DNA of 64,000 nucleotides. Source: Octopus sinensis. Lineage: Eukaryota. Positions 12,520 through 25,115 of the stretch are shown in pieces. The notes under the pieces are model-generated. The model was not told the DNA's origin. It did no database searches and worked only from the letters and a program-made list of their open reading frames with translations. Each line of letters begins with the position of its first letter. Within the stretch, counting starts at the first letter, position 1. The stretch covers positions 22,568,001-22,632,000 of the forward strand of contig NC_043005.1 of assembly GCF_006345805.1 (NCBI RefSeq), read 5' to 3'. Position numbers and translations under genes: made by a program.

Positions 12520-13190
12520 TCTCAGTGTCTTTCAAACATATCACCCCACCTCCCACTCCTAACACATATTCCATCCTTATATTCTTATATCTTCCTATCC
12601 TTCTTCTACTCCTCTCCCAACCTCCTCATAATATCTTGGCCACCATCTAACATTCCTTTTTCATTTTCTTTTCCGCTTTCTTTCTTTCTTTCTTCTTTCT
12701 CCGCCGATTCCTTTTGACTATTCGCCTCATTTTAACATACATGTCCATTCTCTTCTCTCTATCTACTGAATACTACCACTATGTTCTCAAAATTTCACTC
12801 ACGCCACATGACCCCTTTGAATGAACAGCACATGGAATCTACGTCTCCACACTTTCCAAATATGAACTCCTATCGGAATTTACATACCACGATCAAGAAG
12901 CCTTTCTACCATTTCTACGCACTACTTTCCTTGGATAATGAACTGAACTATAACATCCTACATATATTTTTATTTTTACTCTCTTACTTCCCTTTATACT
13001 TCTTATTTCTATCCTTTTTCAAAATAACTCCTGATATTGAACTCTATTATTTCCCCCTATTTACCTCTTTCACATTGTCTCTGATGAAGAGATATCCCTA
13101 AAATCCCAGAAACAGCTGTAAGATTAACTTTCTCTTTATAAATGTCCTGAAAATTCCACACAGTCTTGGCTTTGTTGTCTCATTTAATTT
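12520..13190 (+). mobile_element. Penelope-type pseudo-LTR relic with hammerhead motif
   Basis: Pyrimidine-rich tract followed by a minimal type I hammerhead at 13078-13123, ending at a (CA)n tract. Confidence 0.55.
13078..13123 (+). ncRNA. Minimal type I hammerhead ribozyme motif
   Basis: tct-CTGATGA-a-gagat..atccc-a-GAAAC-AGCT-GTA-aga: canonical core, palindromic helix III (ACAGCTGT), 3-bp helix I, one mismatch in helix II. Confidence 0.7.
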
Positions 13191-14974
13191 AACACTCACA
13201 CACGCACACACACATGCACACAAACACAAACATTCACACACACACACACACATACACACACACACACGCGCACACACTAAGCTTGTAGTGACAGTGATTT
13301 TGGGGCCTAATTGATAGCGATGAGGCTTTCCTAAATTTATCAAGAGTGTGACCATCACACCCATGAGAAATTTCCAAGCTATCGTTCATCGTGGGATGAG
13401 AACATGGATCTCAATGTATTTAAAATAAAGAGAATTAATAAATCGCAAATATAAATGCTATCATACGATCCCATCGATGCATCGAACAATTCATCTGTAT
13501 CGAATTTTTTAACCCATGTTCAACTCTCACTAAATAGAAGTGTTTCCTCGAATGCTTGATAAAGTCTAGGACTATATGGTCTATATCAACATACGTTATT
13601 GCAAACTCAGTCACCTTATCAAGCAACGATCTCGATATAGATATTATGCAGGTCTCTCAGGGGTTTTGAAAGGATATTGTAAAGCTGTGGGCTTTTGAAA
13701 TTCAAGCAGATGCAGTATATGGTCCTGTATCTTGATGACAATGTTGGGATCTTCGGTATCATGCAGTGGCACCCCTTCTTGCTGAGGGCTTATGTCCCCC
13801 AGAAGACCATCATGGTTTCCTGTTCCCTCATTCCGAAAATTCGGAGAATCCATTCGGCCAACAATCTCCATGTTTTGTTGTTCTTCTTACTTCAGTTCTT
13901 TTGCATTGCTGTGCAGACAAATGGGTCTTGCTTCCATACCTGTTACACAAAGTCGTCTACCTTGAATGCAGAGCTATAAGGTTTTCTTAGCACTTTGTAC
14001 ATTTCACAGCTCTGAAATTGTTTTGTGGTTTTGCTGGATCATAATGAGTTGAATTTCTACAGCGATGGAACTTGACCACATACCGCAGAATGTCATATCT
14101 GCACTAACTACCTGCGCTTATTGTACCGCGAATGTGACACAATTTGAGCAGATTATCAGATCAGATGTGACATTTCACCGATAACCCTGACACTGAATCT
14201 TTCTACTCTTGTGTTTCTCCAGCTTATAGGCAGGTGCGTCGCTTTGTATTTGGTTTTGTACTATCACCCCTTCTTCTGTTTTAAAAATGAATATTAGCTC
14301 ACATGAAATATATGCCAAGGCTACCTCCAAATCATAGTTGAATAGGACAAGAAAATCAACTATATTTTTGGTAAGAGATACATTGCTTTCTACCTCACTG
14401 ACATGGATTTGCGGAAGGCTTGCCACAGTTCGGTGAACAAAATACTAGAAGGCTTTCAATCTTTCAACAAAATGTTCTATACTAAAAGTTTCCTCTTCAA
14501 AAGAACACAAGCAAAAGACATGTTTTACTTATTCGTGTTTACATCCTAAGTGCATGTATTTGTTGCTGTTGACAAAAATTCTAATCGGTGGAGTCAACAT
14601 ATCTGTTTTCTTTTAGTTCGTGTCTACAATTACTACTTTGCGCTTCAATTAATTCAGCATTCTGAAGGGTTTCTATTCTGTATGTGCAATGTATTGTTTT
14701 GTACATTTTCAGTTTTGTTTTTGGAGACATGGTGTAAAATTTTCAAGACTATTTTCCTTTTACTCTTTTCTGTCAGTAGCGCGAGAAAAAAGAAATCTTG
14801 TTAAAAATAAACAAAAACCTTATTTCTTTTCTTTTGAAAGTCCAAACATTAGGAATTTATCTCAATGCGAGTATTTTGGGGTAAAAACTCTATTTCAAGT
14901 GTTAAAATAATTTTTTCTTTTTCTAAAAAAACGCTTACATACGTCGCATTGTATAATAAAAACATTAATTCATC

Positions 14975-15450
14975 CCTTCTCGGCTCCCTTTTTTTCTGAG
15001 AAGATCATGGGGTTAAAGTCCCCACGCACCTTCTCCATAAGGTCTTATCAGAAGCAATCGTCATTAGACTTAGCGGCTGGATCCCCAAGCGTGATCAACT
15101 GAAAGTATGGATATTATACAACCATCTCGCTCTCGGCCTACCCCAAGCCTCCTGCTGTTGGCTCGGCTTGAAGAATCCGTCATACAAATCTTTCCTGCAA
15201 CATTCTAATCACATGTCCGTAGAACCGAGCCTGTGACTTCTCAGTGTGGAACACGAGTAACTCGATCTGGAGAGGTTTCCTGATCTCGAGGCTATGCACC
15301 CTGTCGAGTAACGTTACTCCAGAGATCCCCAGGAGGAGTCCCATTTCGACCACTTGTATTCGTGATCGTATTCATTAGATCATTACACGACATTCATGAC
15401 CTGGACAACGGTAATGGTTACTAACATGGGCAGACTGAAAAAAAATTGTT
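14975..15450 (-). mobile_element. RTE-clade LINE 3' fragment
   Basis: Minus translation RIQVVEMGLLLGISGVTLLDRVHS..FYGHVIRM..GRPRARW is the typical RTE ORF2 C-terminus. Confidence 0.8.
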
Positions 15451-15821
15451 TGTGGAAATAGAATGTGGTTTATATATTCGACCCTAGCACATAGTTGTCG
15501 AGGACAGAATACAAATATCATGAACCGTTTGTGGAAATCAACTACACAGGAGACACGAATATTTCAAAGAGTAAGTGAATAATTATGGACAACTACTTTA
15601 AAGACAACTTCTTTACTCTGTTTCGTATTTATACGTGGTATCATTGATGTATTTTGTTATATTACTAATTGTTTAAGGTAAATTTTAATGACATCATTCC
15701 AAGAGAGAGAGAGAGAGAGAGGAGAGAGATGCGCAGGTAGCTACACAGTCAGATACATATATGCAAGCATACATGCATACATACGTACACGCATGCATGC
15801 ATGCATGCATACATACATACA

Positions 15822-15970
<149 letters not shown>

Positions 15971-16002
15971 GTACGTATGTACGCACAAATGATACAAGGA
16001 TG

Positions 16003-16378
16003 GGATGCCGAATGCACATTTGCTGAGGCACAAGAAGTCGAAGCCAAGAAGCCGAACGGATATAATGTCGAGCAGACAAGATGCCAAAAAGACACAAAAA
16101 TTAAAATTTAACCTCGTTAAATATTAAGTCCCAAATTGATAAATTGGTCATTAAACTATGTAGGTAGGAATGTTTTGTTTGTTTTTTTTGTATTCGTTCG
16201 GCTTCATGTCCGTTCGGTACTGTGTCCGTTCGGCTTTATGCCCTTTCGGCATTGTGTCCGTTCAGCCTTACGTCCCTTCGGCATTGTGCCCGTTCGGCTT
16301 TATGTTTGTTCGACATTGTATCCGTTCGGCTTCTTGGTTTCGGCTTTTTGTCCTTCGGCAAAATTGCATTCGCCATCC
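16003..16378. mobile_element. MITE with ~70-bp TIRs and CCGTTCGGC subterminal tandem repeats
   Basis: GGATGCCGAATGCA.. / ..TGCATTCGCCATCC termini; ~15-bp repeats at 16195-16330. Confidence 0.7.
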
Positions 16379-16585
16379 TGCCCGCACATGAGTACGAACA
16401 CAGACCAATGCATATAGATATAGCTCGTTGAATTCCTCTTGATCACATATTACAGAGGAAGATGTACATTGCCAAGCTAATAAACATAGATACACTACAG
16501 AGAGATAGATTTTGAAGCAGTACCTCTGCGAGTCATTAATGTTTTTATTATCAGAATTTCATAAAAAATAGTATCGACAACTTAC

Positions 16586-16680
16586 TTATGTTCTATTCCC
16601 AAGAAAGGCGATGGACCGCAGAGCAATAATGCGCTAGCAAGTAAAATATTTGACACAATGAGCAGACTTTTCGAATCTGA
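16586..16680 (-). CDS. SLC18B1: SLC18B1-like exon
   Basis: 95 nt, ctttcag / GTAAGT, phase 0-2. Reads SDSKSLLIVSNILLASALLLCGPSPFLGIEH(K); LLCGPSPFL matches family LLGPVPIL. Confidence 0.85.
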
Positions 16681-17999
16681 CTGAAAGGAAAATAAACATA
16701 TTAATTAACTATTCAATATTCTGAAATATATTAATATATCAAGATTATACATGGTCTAGCTGTGGTACAATTCTTAGGTATAGGTATTCAAGCAACTGAC
16801 TTTTGGATCGTTAACAACCATCAATTTTGGCATAACGTTCGCCAATCCTCCTGGGTTATCTAGCTAATTACAATCCTTATTTTAAAGGAACTTATATTCA
16901 ATAATTACATATGTAACCGAAACATTACTAGCCATTCCTTTCATGACACCACACCTTCCTTGAGTAACTCAAACCTTACACCTCTTACATCAATCTCTTC
17001 TGTGAAGTAACGAAATGGAAGTAGTTAATACCTTACACCATCTCCTAAACTAACCATCTCTGTAGGATTGAAATAGAAAGTGCAAGTGCAAGAGAGGTTA
17101 CAGTTTGGTTGCCTTCTGTATCCCTGCCTATAACATTTCCCCCATATGTAAAGTGATGTCAATGTATGTCAGATGGTCTTGGTGTCACTAAGGAACGTTT
17201 TCAAGTTGAAAATCCTAGTCATATTTACCTCAAATCACACCCAATTTTTTAAAAATAAATGTTATATCGAACAACGTAATTCATGATCTACAGAAAGTCG
17301 GGACGGTCATGATTGAAGCACTTTTCCCCATAGACCAGTTCGGTCAAGACTGATCTGGTGTTAAGCAGCAACAACAAATCTCAACAAGACCCACTTTGTC
17401 TTTAGTTCTTTCAGAATCCATAAATAAAATATCATTCTATTAGTGATATCGCTTTTTTCCTCGCACTTTCTGTCTGTGGTTCTCCTTTCTGGAAAGAATC
17501 ATCTGTGATCAGACATGGAGAATATTGACTTCACCAAGACTAAAATTGCTAAAGATATCCGGTGTGCCACAACGACACCCCTACAACTCCATCAAGAGGG
17601 CTCAAGGTGAAGCATAATCTTCCTATCTTAACTATGTACAACAAAGCAGACTGCATAAGCTAACGTTCAGTGCTTTGTTATGGACAGCACGTAACACTGT
17701 CCAGTGCTGATACATTAGGGCTAGGGCAGCATATATCTGTGCTAAAAGCCCTTCTATAGACCCATTTTATAGATATATGAATTACACTAGGGTATCCTGA
17801 ATGTCATGTCTAGGGAGACAGTCATAGCATGACACTGACAAAATATGAACCAGTGACTTATAGTAGCCCCGACCGACCTACTTAACTTTCAAGAAGTATC
17901 TTCAAGTTTTAAGTATATCTAGAAGTTTTAAGTGTATCCAAGTTTTAAGTATATCCAGAAGTAAATCTTGAAACATCAATGGAACAAAGGAATACTCAC

Positions 18000-18098
18000 T
18001 ACTTTATACGCTATCCGGACGTTCAATAAGGATGCGAAGCTATAATTGATACAGAGCAGGCAGTACATCGCTCCTATCTCCGTCTGAGAGAAAGAAAA
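18000..18098 (-). CDS. SLC18B1: SLC18B1-like exon
   Basis: 99 nt, tttttaag / GTGAGT, phase 0-0. Reads FSFSQTEIGAMYCLLCINYSFASLLNVRIAYKV, equivalent to FNLPAGYVGLVFLGMALSYAISSPLFGLLSDK. Confidence 0.75.
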
Positions 18099-18687
18099 CT
18101 TAAAAAGACAAAAAAGAATTCGCTTCGTTAGTCTGACGTTTAATATTTTCAAATGGAAAAACGTTTGTTACCTTTATTGACTTAGCTCAACCTTTGACAG
18201 ACACCTTTCCCTCAACCTATTTCTGGACAGGTACTAATAGTAATTTAAGCACTAGATGTATTCCCATTTTGCTGCAATACTTTGCTCCGTAGAACAACTA
18301 AAACTTTCACACAAGAATATTAGCTTATTGTAAAAGAGACAGGATGTTTTGTGACATTTATTTAGATCTACTTTTCCCTTTGAAAGTTGTGTCTTGACGA
18401 TATTGACTTTATTTTTCATTTGGAAAGTAATTCAAGGAACCAATACGATCGCCAGTACGAGTCCGTCGAATGATGTGACCTTTTGCTTATGTAAAAAAGT
18501 CCTTCTTTATGATTTGCAAAATACATCTAAATTTTCTTTTTCGTTCATCATAAAAAAGAATTAGATACGTTTTTGGAAATGATGCATTTTTCTGAAACGT
18601 ACAAAAGCTTATTATTGGGGTTCGATGTAATCGACTTCCCTGCTTCCCCGAAATTGCTGGCTTTGTACCAAAATTGGAAACTATTAT

Positions 18688-18815
18688 TATTTTTATTAAC
18701 CTGCGACGGAACGGCGTCCCGTCCAGGTGGGGAACCTATACGCCAAGGAAACCGGGACACCGGCCCTGATGAGCCAGGCATGGTTCGAGAAGGAACAAAC
18801 AATTATTATTATTAT
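18688..18815 (+). mobile_element. V-domain-like SINE 3' fragment
   Basis: AACCTGCGACGGAACGGCGTCCCGTCCAGG resembles the conserved V-SINE central domain (recalled); tail runs into (ATT)n. Confidence 0.5.
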
Positions 18816-18837
18816 TATTATTATTATTGTTGTTGTT

Positions 18838-19237
18838 AAAGCAGCGAACTAGCAGAAACGTTAGCACGCCGGGCGAAATGCGTAGCCGTATTTCGTCTGC
18901 CGTTACGTTCTGAGTTCAAATTCCACCGAGGTCGACTTTGCCTTTCATCCTTTCGGGGTCGATAAATTAAGTACCAGTTACGCACTGGGGTCGACATAAT
19001 CGACTTAATCCGTTGTCTGTCCTTGTTTGTCCTCTCTATGTTTAGCCCCTTGTGGGTAGTAAAGAAATAGGTACTTCACCCGTCGCTACTTTTTGAGTTC
19101 GAATTTCGTTGAGGTCGACTCTGCCTTTTATCCCTTTGGGGTCGATAACTTAAATACCAGTGAAACACTGGAGTCGACATAATCGAGTATTTCCCGTCTC
19201 CTGCCAAGTTTCAGGCCTTGTGCCTATAGTAGAAAGC

Positions 19238-19240
<3 letters not shown>
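18838..19240 (+). mobile_element. Composite SINE family 1 (insert with GTGGGTAGTAAAGAAATA tail inside an older copy)
   Basis: Head and body, then the tail, then a second body restarting at GGTACTTCAC (19070) with a different tail. Confidence 0.8.
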
Positions 19241-19276
<36 letters not shown>

Positions 19277-19289
19277 ATTATTATTATTC

Positions 19290-19720
19290 TATGTTTCACT
19301 TTTGCTTTACATTTGCACAAGCTGGCTCCAAGTCTCACCTCAAGAGACAACGAGTTGGAAGTTCATGTTGGTGTTATGCCTAGGGTGCCATATATTTGGT
19401 TTTGTACTTAATGTTGTTTTAGTGAATGCCTAAAAAACCATACGAAAATTATGTTTGTTTTAAAACTTGAGATTACAAAGAAGGTATTTTGCGTAGGATA
19501 TGAGCAGTTCCCATGAGCACTATCTTTTGAATTTCTGCCATTTTGGGGTTTCCTGGTATCTGAGTTAGGTAGCAATCAGCCCCTTTGGCTATCATTCCCA
19601 GGGCACCTATGACAACAGGTATTGTTTTAGTCTTCAGGTTCCACATTTTGCTGATTTCTATTTCCAGATCTTTATATTTGCTCAGTTTCTGGTAGGTCTT
19701 GACAGATATGTTTATATCGA

Positions 19721-19722
<2 letters not shown>
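19290..19722 (-). mobile_element. R4/Dong-like non-LTR retrotransposon 3' end (restriction-like endonuclease)
   Basis: Open frame ..KYKDLEIEISKMWNLKTKTIPVVIGALGMI..IQKIVLMGTAHILRK*; both ends lie in (TAA)n. Confidence 0.8.
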
Positions 19723-19771
<49 letters not shown>

Positions 19772-19772
<1 letters not shown>

Positions 19773-20328
19773 GAGTGAAAGAGCAGTTCATGCCATCAAA
19801 GTGACACTGGGGTAAAATATACGAAGCCCAATATACCCATCATGACTACCCGTCTGATAAGGGTACACCAGGCACATGCATCACAACCATATGTGCGCGA
19901 CATGGTGATCTCATATCAAGATAAACAGCACATGACCTTGCAAGTGGGTCCCAGTTGGAAATTTCTTCAGGTTGAGTAGCCCATCCCGTTCAAAAGGTCC
20001 CTGAATAAGGGTTGTTTAAGGATGTTGAAAGAACCACCCATGTTTCCAGAGGTGAACTATTCAAACCCCAAAGAATCCCTCTCAACACATGGCTATGATG
20101 CTCCCCCACTACTTCTGCTCGTAATCAGAGATGCACATATCGTCAGCCACTAAGGGACATGCTCAACTGGTTAAGGTCAAATAACTGACAAGCAAATCTG
20201 TGGTATTGAGCAGAATATTTGCTGTAGCCCATCTTTTATACCAAGACAAAACAATGTACATGATAACACTTCCAATCAGTTAAGATCAGAAACCATGAGA
20301 GCCACTGCCTGGTACTGCATCAGGGCAA

Positions 20329-20330
<2 letters not shown>
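19772..20330 (-). mobile_element. Unclassified ~560-bp non-coding retroposon in (TAA)n
   Basis: Complex sequence bounded on both sides by (ATT)n; no ORF. I recall it as an abundant octopus repeat (unverified). Confidence 0.5.
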
Positions 20331-20400
<70 letters not shown>

Positions 20401-20453
20401 CATTATTATTGTTATTATTATTATCATTATTATTATCATCATTATTATTATCA

Positions 20454-20537
<84 letters not shown>

Positions 20538-20541
<4 letters not shown>

Positions 20542-20752
20542 GGCGGTGAACTGGCAGAATCGTTAGGACGCCGGGCAAAATACTTAGCGGCATTTCGGCT
20601 GTCCCGACGTTCTAAGTTCAAATTCCGCCGAGGACGACTTTGCCTTTCATCCTTTCAGGGTCATTAAAATAAGTACCAGTTGAGCGCTGGGTTCGATGTA
20701 TTCAACTTACCCCTCCCCAAAAATTTTAGCCCTTGTGCCTATAGTAGAAAGG

Positions 20753-20823
<71 letters not shown>

Positions 20824-22930
20824 GGCGGCGAGCTGGCAGAATCGTTAGCGCGCTGACGGTATTTCGCCTGTCACTACGTTCTGAGTACAAATTCAGCCGA
20901 GGTTGACTTTGCCCTTCATCTTTTCGGGGTCATTAAAATAAACACCAGTGAAACACTGGGGGCGATGTAATCTACTAGTCTCCTCCCCACAAATTTCAGG
21001 CCTTGTGCCTTTTGTAGAAAGGGTTATTATTATTGGGTTGGTACATAATAATTGCGACTTTTTTCAACAAATTTTATTCAACAAGAGCAATAACAATAAG
21101 TAACAAACCATCTTTAAATGATTATTCCAGAGCATATTCACCATCTACTTCAATTACTGCCTCCCATTTGCTTGGCAGACGGTCAGACCGTTATTTAAAG
21201 ATGTTTTTGTTAAATATTGTTATTGTTTTTGTTGAATGAAATTTGTTGAAAAAAAAGCCGCAATAATTATGCACAAGCCCAATATCCTTAAGGCGGTGAG
21301 CTGGCAGAATCGTTAGCACGCTGGATGAAATGCTTTGTGGTATTTTGCCTGTCGCTACGTTTTGAGTACAAATTCCGCCGGGGTGAACGTTTCCTTTCAC
21401 CCTTTCGGTGTTGATAAAATAAGTACTAAATGAGCACTGGGTCGATGTAATTAATATATAGTCCTCCTGTGAACTTGCGGACCTTGTGCTAAAAGCTGAA
21501 ATAATTATTACTATTATCAAGACGGCGTGCCGGCAAAATATTTAGCACGCTTGTCTAAATATATACTTTCTTTTTATTCAACCTAAATTTGCAGTGTGTG
21601 TATTTCGTTCTTACATTGTCACCAAACTCTTTCGGCCCTTGTGGCCATTAAAAGAAATTTTTATTATTGAATTGGCGGAATCGTTAAAGTGTTTGACAAA
21701 AGTATTTAACTACAGCTTTTTAAGTTGAATGTTCAAATCTCGCCGAGATCAGTTTTGCCTTCACCCATCTGATTTCGAAGTACCGATCAAGTGATGGGGG
21801 TCAATTAACCCCTCTTTAAAAAATTTCTGGCTATATCGGCAGTGCATTGACAGATCTTTTCAGTGTAGAATAAAATACTTTACGGTTTTTGTTCTAATAC
21901 TGTTCTGAGTTCAAATCCTGGGATCGATGAAATAAAGTACTCGTCAAGAATAGGGGTCAATGACATCGGCTTAATCCTTCTCTCAAAATTGCTAACCTTA
22001 TATCAAAATTAGAAAATATTAAAATGGCGGCGAGCTGGTAGAATCGTTAATCACCGGAAAAATGCTTTGCGACATTTGTTCCGACTCTTTACGTTATGAA
22101 CTCGTATCCCATTGAAGTGAACTTTACCTTTCATTCTTACAGGATAAATAAAAGTAGGTCAAGTACTACGTCGATAGTTGTTGGTTTTATGCCTATATCA
22201 GAAATCATTACTAAGGTGGTGTACAGGCTGAATCATTAGTGCGTCGGACTAAATGCTTAGCGGTATTTCTTCCGGCCCTTTACGTTCTGAGTTTAAATAC
22301 CGCCAAGGTCAACTTTGACTTTCTTCCTTTCGGAGCCGATAAACTATAATACCAGTGAAGTACTGGATCGATGTAATCGACTAACTCCACCCTCCCCACA
22401 CACTAATTTTTTTACTGTGTGCCAAAATTTAAAACAATTATAATTACTATAAAAAATAGCTTCAAGTTTTGCCACAAGGGCAGCAATTTTGTGGGATAGG
22501 ACTAGTCGATTACATCGACCCCAGTGTTTCACTGGTACATAATTTATCAACCCCTAAATGATGAAAGGTAAAGTCAATCTCGACGGAATTTGAACGCAAA
22601 ACGTAGTGGCAGATGAAATACCGCTAAGCATTTCGCCGGGCGTGCTAACGATTTTGCTAGCTCGCCGCCTTATATTATTGTAAATAATACTTACATCAAG
22701 GCGGCGAGCTGGCAGAAACGTTAGCACGCCCGGCGAAATGCTTTGCGGTATTTCGTCTGCCGCTACGTTTTGAGTTCAAACTCCGCCGAGGTCGACTTTG
22801 CCTTTCATCTTTTCGGGCTCGATTAAATAAGTACCAGTTACGCACTGGGGTCGATATAATCGACTTAATCCGTTTGTCTGTCCTTGTTTGTCCTCTCTGT
22901 GTTTAGCCACTTGTGGGTAGTAAAGAAATA
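20538..22930. mobile_element. Cluster of about nine SINE family 1 copies
   Basis: Copies begin at ~20540, 20822, 21288, 21665, 21895, 22025, 22215 (+), 22480-22670 (-) and 22698 (+); all share the GAGTTCAAATTCCGCCGAGGTCGAC body. Confidence 0.9.
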
Positions 22931-22940
22931 GGTATTTCGT

Positions 22941-25115
22941 ACGTCTGTTATTGAAAATTTATTGTTGGAGTGTGTTGGTAAGTTTCTATTAATTGTTATA
23001 TTTCTTGTGCTTATTGTTGAAAAAATTGTAGTATAGTTTTCTTTCGAAAGCTATCTGTGGTTTTCTCCTGTGAGGGTAAACATTAATTGCCGGCAAGATG
23101 CCGAAAAGTTTGTCTTCTTCGTCGGGTGATGAATCATCGATTGAGCGAGAAGTAAAGAAAATAGAAAGTTTAATTTTTTGATAACGTTTCTGATGTGTCG
23201 GAAAGCGAATTCCTGGCATTACTAAAAGTTACGAACACCAAAAGGAAGACAGAAGAAAGGATCATCCAAAATGAAGAAAGGAAAAGTTTTGCGTCAGCAG
23301 CTGGTAGTGGAACGCGACAGCTGTCAACTGACAAAAAAGAATTACTAAAATACAAAGATATGATAACAGAACGAGATGGAGTAGTAAAATTGGAAATACC
23401 AGAAGAAGAATTTACGGAGGAAAAAAAGAAAATTATTATTTTTAAGACATTCTGCTTAAAAGCTCGTAAAATTGATAAGATATGTGAGCAAAAAAATGAA
23501 AAATATCTAAAACCCATCTGGCAGGACATTACATATCTAGCCAGAGGGAAGAAGTTTGGAACCATCGTGGTGAGATTCAAGAACGCAGAAACGTCACAAA
23601 AATACTCGGTAAAATCTTTAGAGTCGGAAGACACAATGTTAATCCCAATTTACATGGGAATGAGAACATCAAAAGTGAGAATACCAAGAATTCCACCCGG
23701 AGTAAACCCTATGTGCTCGATGGCGGCAGTCCTAGCAAACAGGGAAGATAATATGAACCTCCTGCAGGCTACCGTCACAGAGAATACCTATTGGACTGGT
23801 CAAACACTTACCTCATACTGCAGGCTGACCAAAAGATTTTAGAACAGCTCCCAGAAATCGTGGAAGTAGAAGAGGAAGTTCTAAATATTTTTGTTGATGG
23901 CCAACTGGGTCACATTAAAAAATATTATAAAGAAGGTGTAGAAGAATCAGACGGCGAGGAGGAAGAAAGAGAGAGGGAGAAACAGAAGAAAAAATAAACA
24001 ACAAAAGGAAAATGGAAGGCTCTGTCTGCTGTCAAAAGCCTTTAAAGGGAGGTTTAGGGATGCCTTTTATAATGATGCGCAGACATGCGTTGAGGTTGAG
24101 GCACCTCTGGATTCTCCTGGATAGTGAACGGATGTGGTCTCCGCTGGCCAGACAAATGTTCCTGAGTTCAAAAGTTTTTGCGAACAGGAAGCCTGGTGTT
24201 CTCGTAGATCGAGGTCGAGTGAGTGGCATAAAGACTGCCGTAAGGCCCTCTTGCTAATCCGGCGCTCGGGCAACGCGAACGGTGGGGGTTCCACACGGAT
24301 TTTATATAGTGGGTTGCTAGAGTCTGAATGCGACGATGGCCTGGGGGCGACTCTAGGTCTCGGGTTTATTCAACTGGACAACCTGTTTCACCGTACATTC
24401 GGGTTTAGAACGTTGGACAACTTCCAAAAGTCCTTAACCTGGCAATGCTACAGAGGTGCCTTGCCCGTTTGGGATAAGCTCACAAGACACGGTAAGCGTC
24501 AGTCGCCGACCTGTCCAAGATGCGGGGGACAGGGAAACCGTCCCTCACGCTATTGTTCAGTGTCCGGAGATAACTGAAATGTGGGCTCATGCTGAACACC
24601 TGATGTCTGGCGAAGAAAGAGTACAGCTGTCGACTGAGTTAATTATAAAAATTGACTCACCGAGAGTTTTAACGAAGCGAAAGAGGCAGTATGGAAGACT
24701 AGGATAAAAGGAATTAGGACAGACAACTTTATCTCTGGCCACAATTTACGATCATTTTTTTTCTTTTCATTTGAAAAGGAAACTCTGGCTGGTGAAGAGA
24801 TGTCTGTCGGAGTGTACATTCGAAAAGACATGGAAGCATGTTGCACGAGTATTGTGCGTGCAAGGAACCATGTGAATAGACGAAAAAAAAAGAAAAAAAA
24901 AGGGACAAGCGGTAGATCGGGGCTTGTGGGATCGGAGCGTGGCCTGATCATCGCTTCATTTGTATTGTCTTTGTATTGTTAATTCCATTCGATTTTTTTA
25001 ATATTCTATTTCAATTTTTATAGTCACATTATATGTAAAATCATACCGTTTTACTGATCCCATCAATTGTTCTGTCCATTTCTATGTTTGGCCCCCGGTG
25101 GGCAATAAAAAAATT
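22941..25115 (+). mobile_element. Tx1/L1-clade LINE, internally deleted
   Basis: ORF1-like 23195-23997 (PIYMGMRTSKVRIPRIPPGV); ORF2 C-terminus from 24012 (CCQKPLKGGLGMP..RHALRL; WQCYRGALPVWDKL..CPRCG..ETVPHAIVQC); A-rich end; flanked by GGTATTTCGT (22931-22940) and GGTATTTCAT (25116-25125). Confidence 0.82.

Noticed and set aside
16195-16330. Regularly spaced repeats (also 49410-49535) as a CRISPR-like array
   Set aside because: No unique spacers, eukaryotic context, and they lie inside TIR-bounded elements.
18765-18800. CTGATGAGCC..CGAGAAGG as a hammerhead
   Set aside because: No GAAA core or helix III; it is the tail of a SINE fragment.
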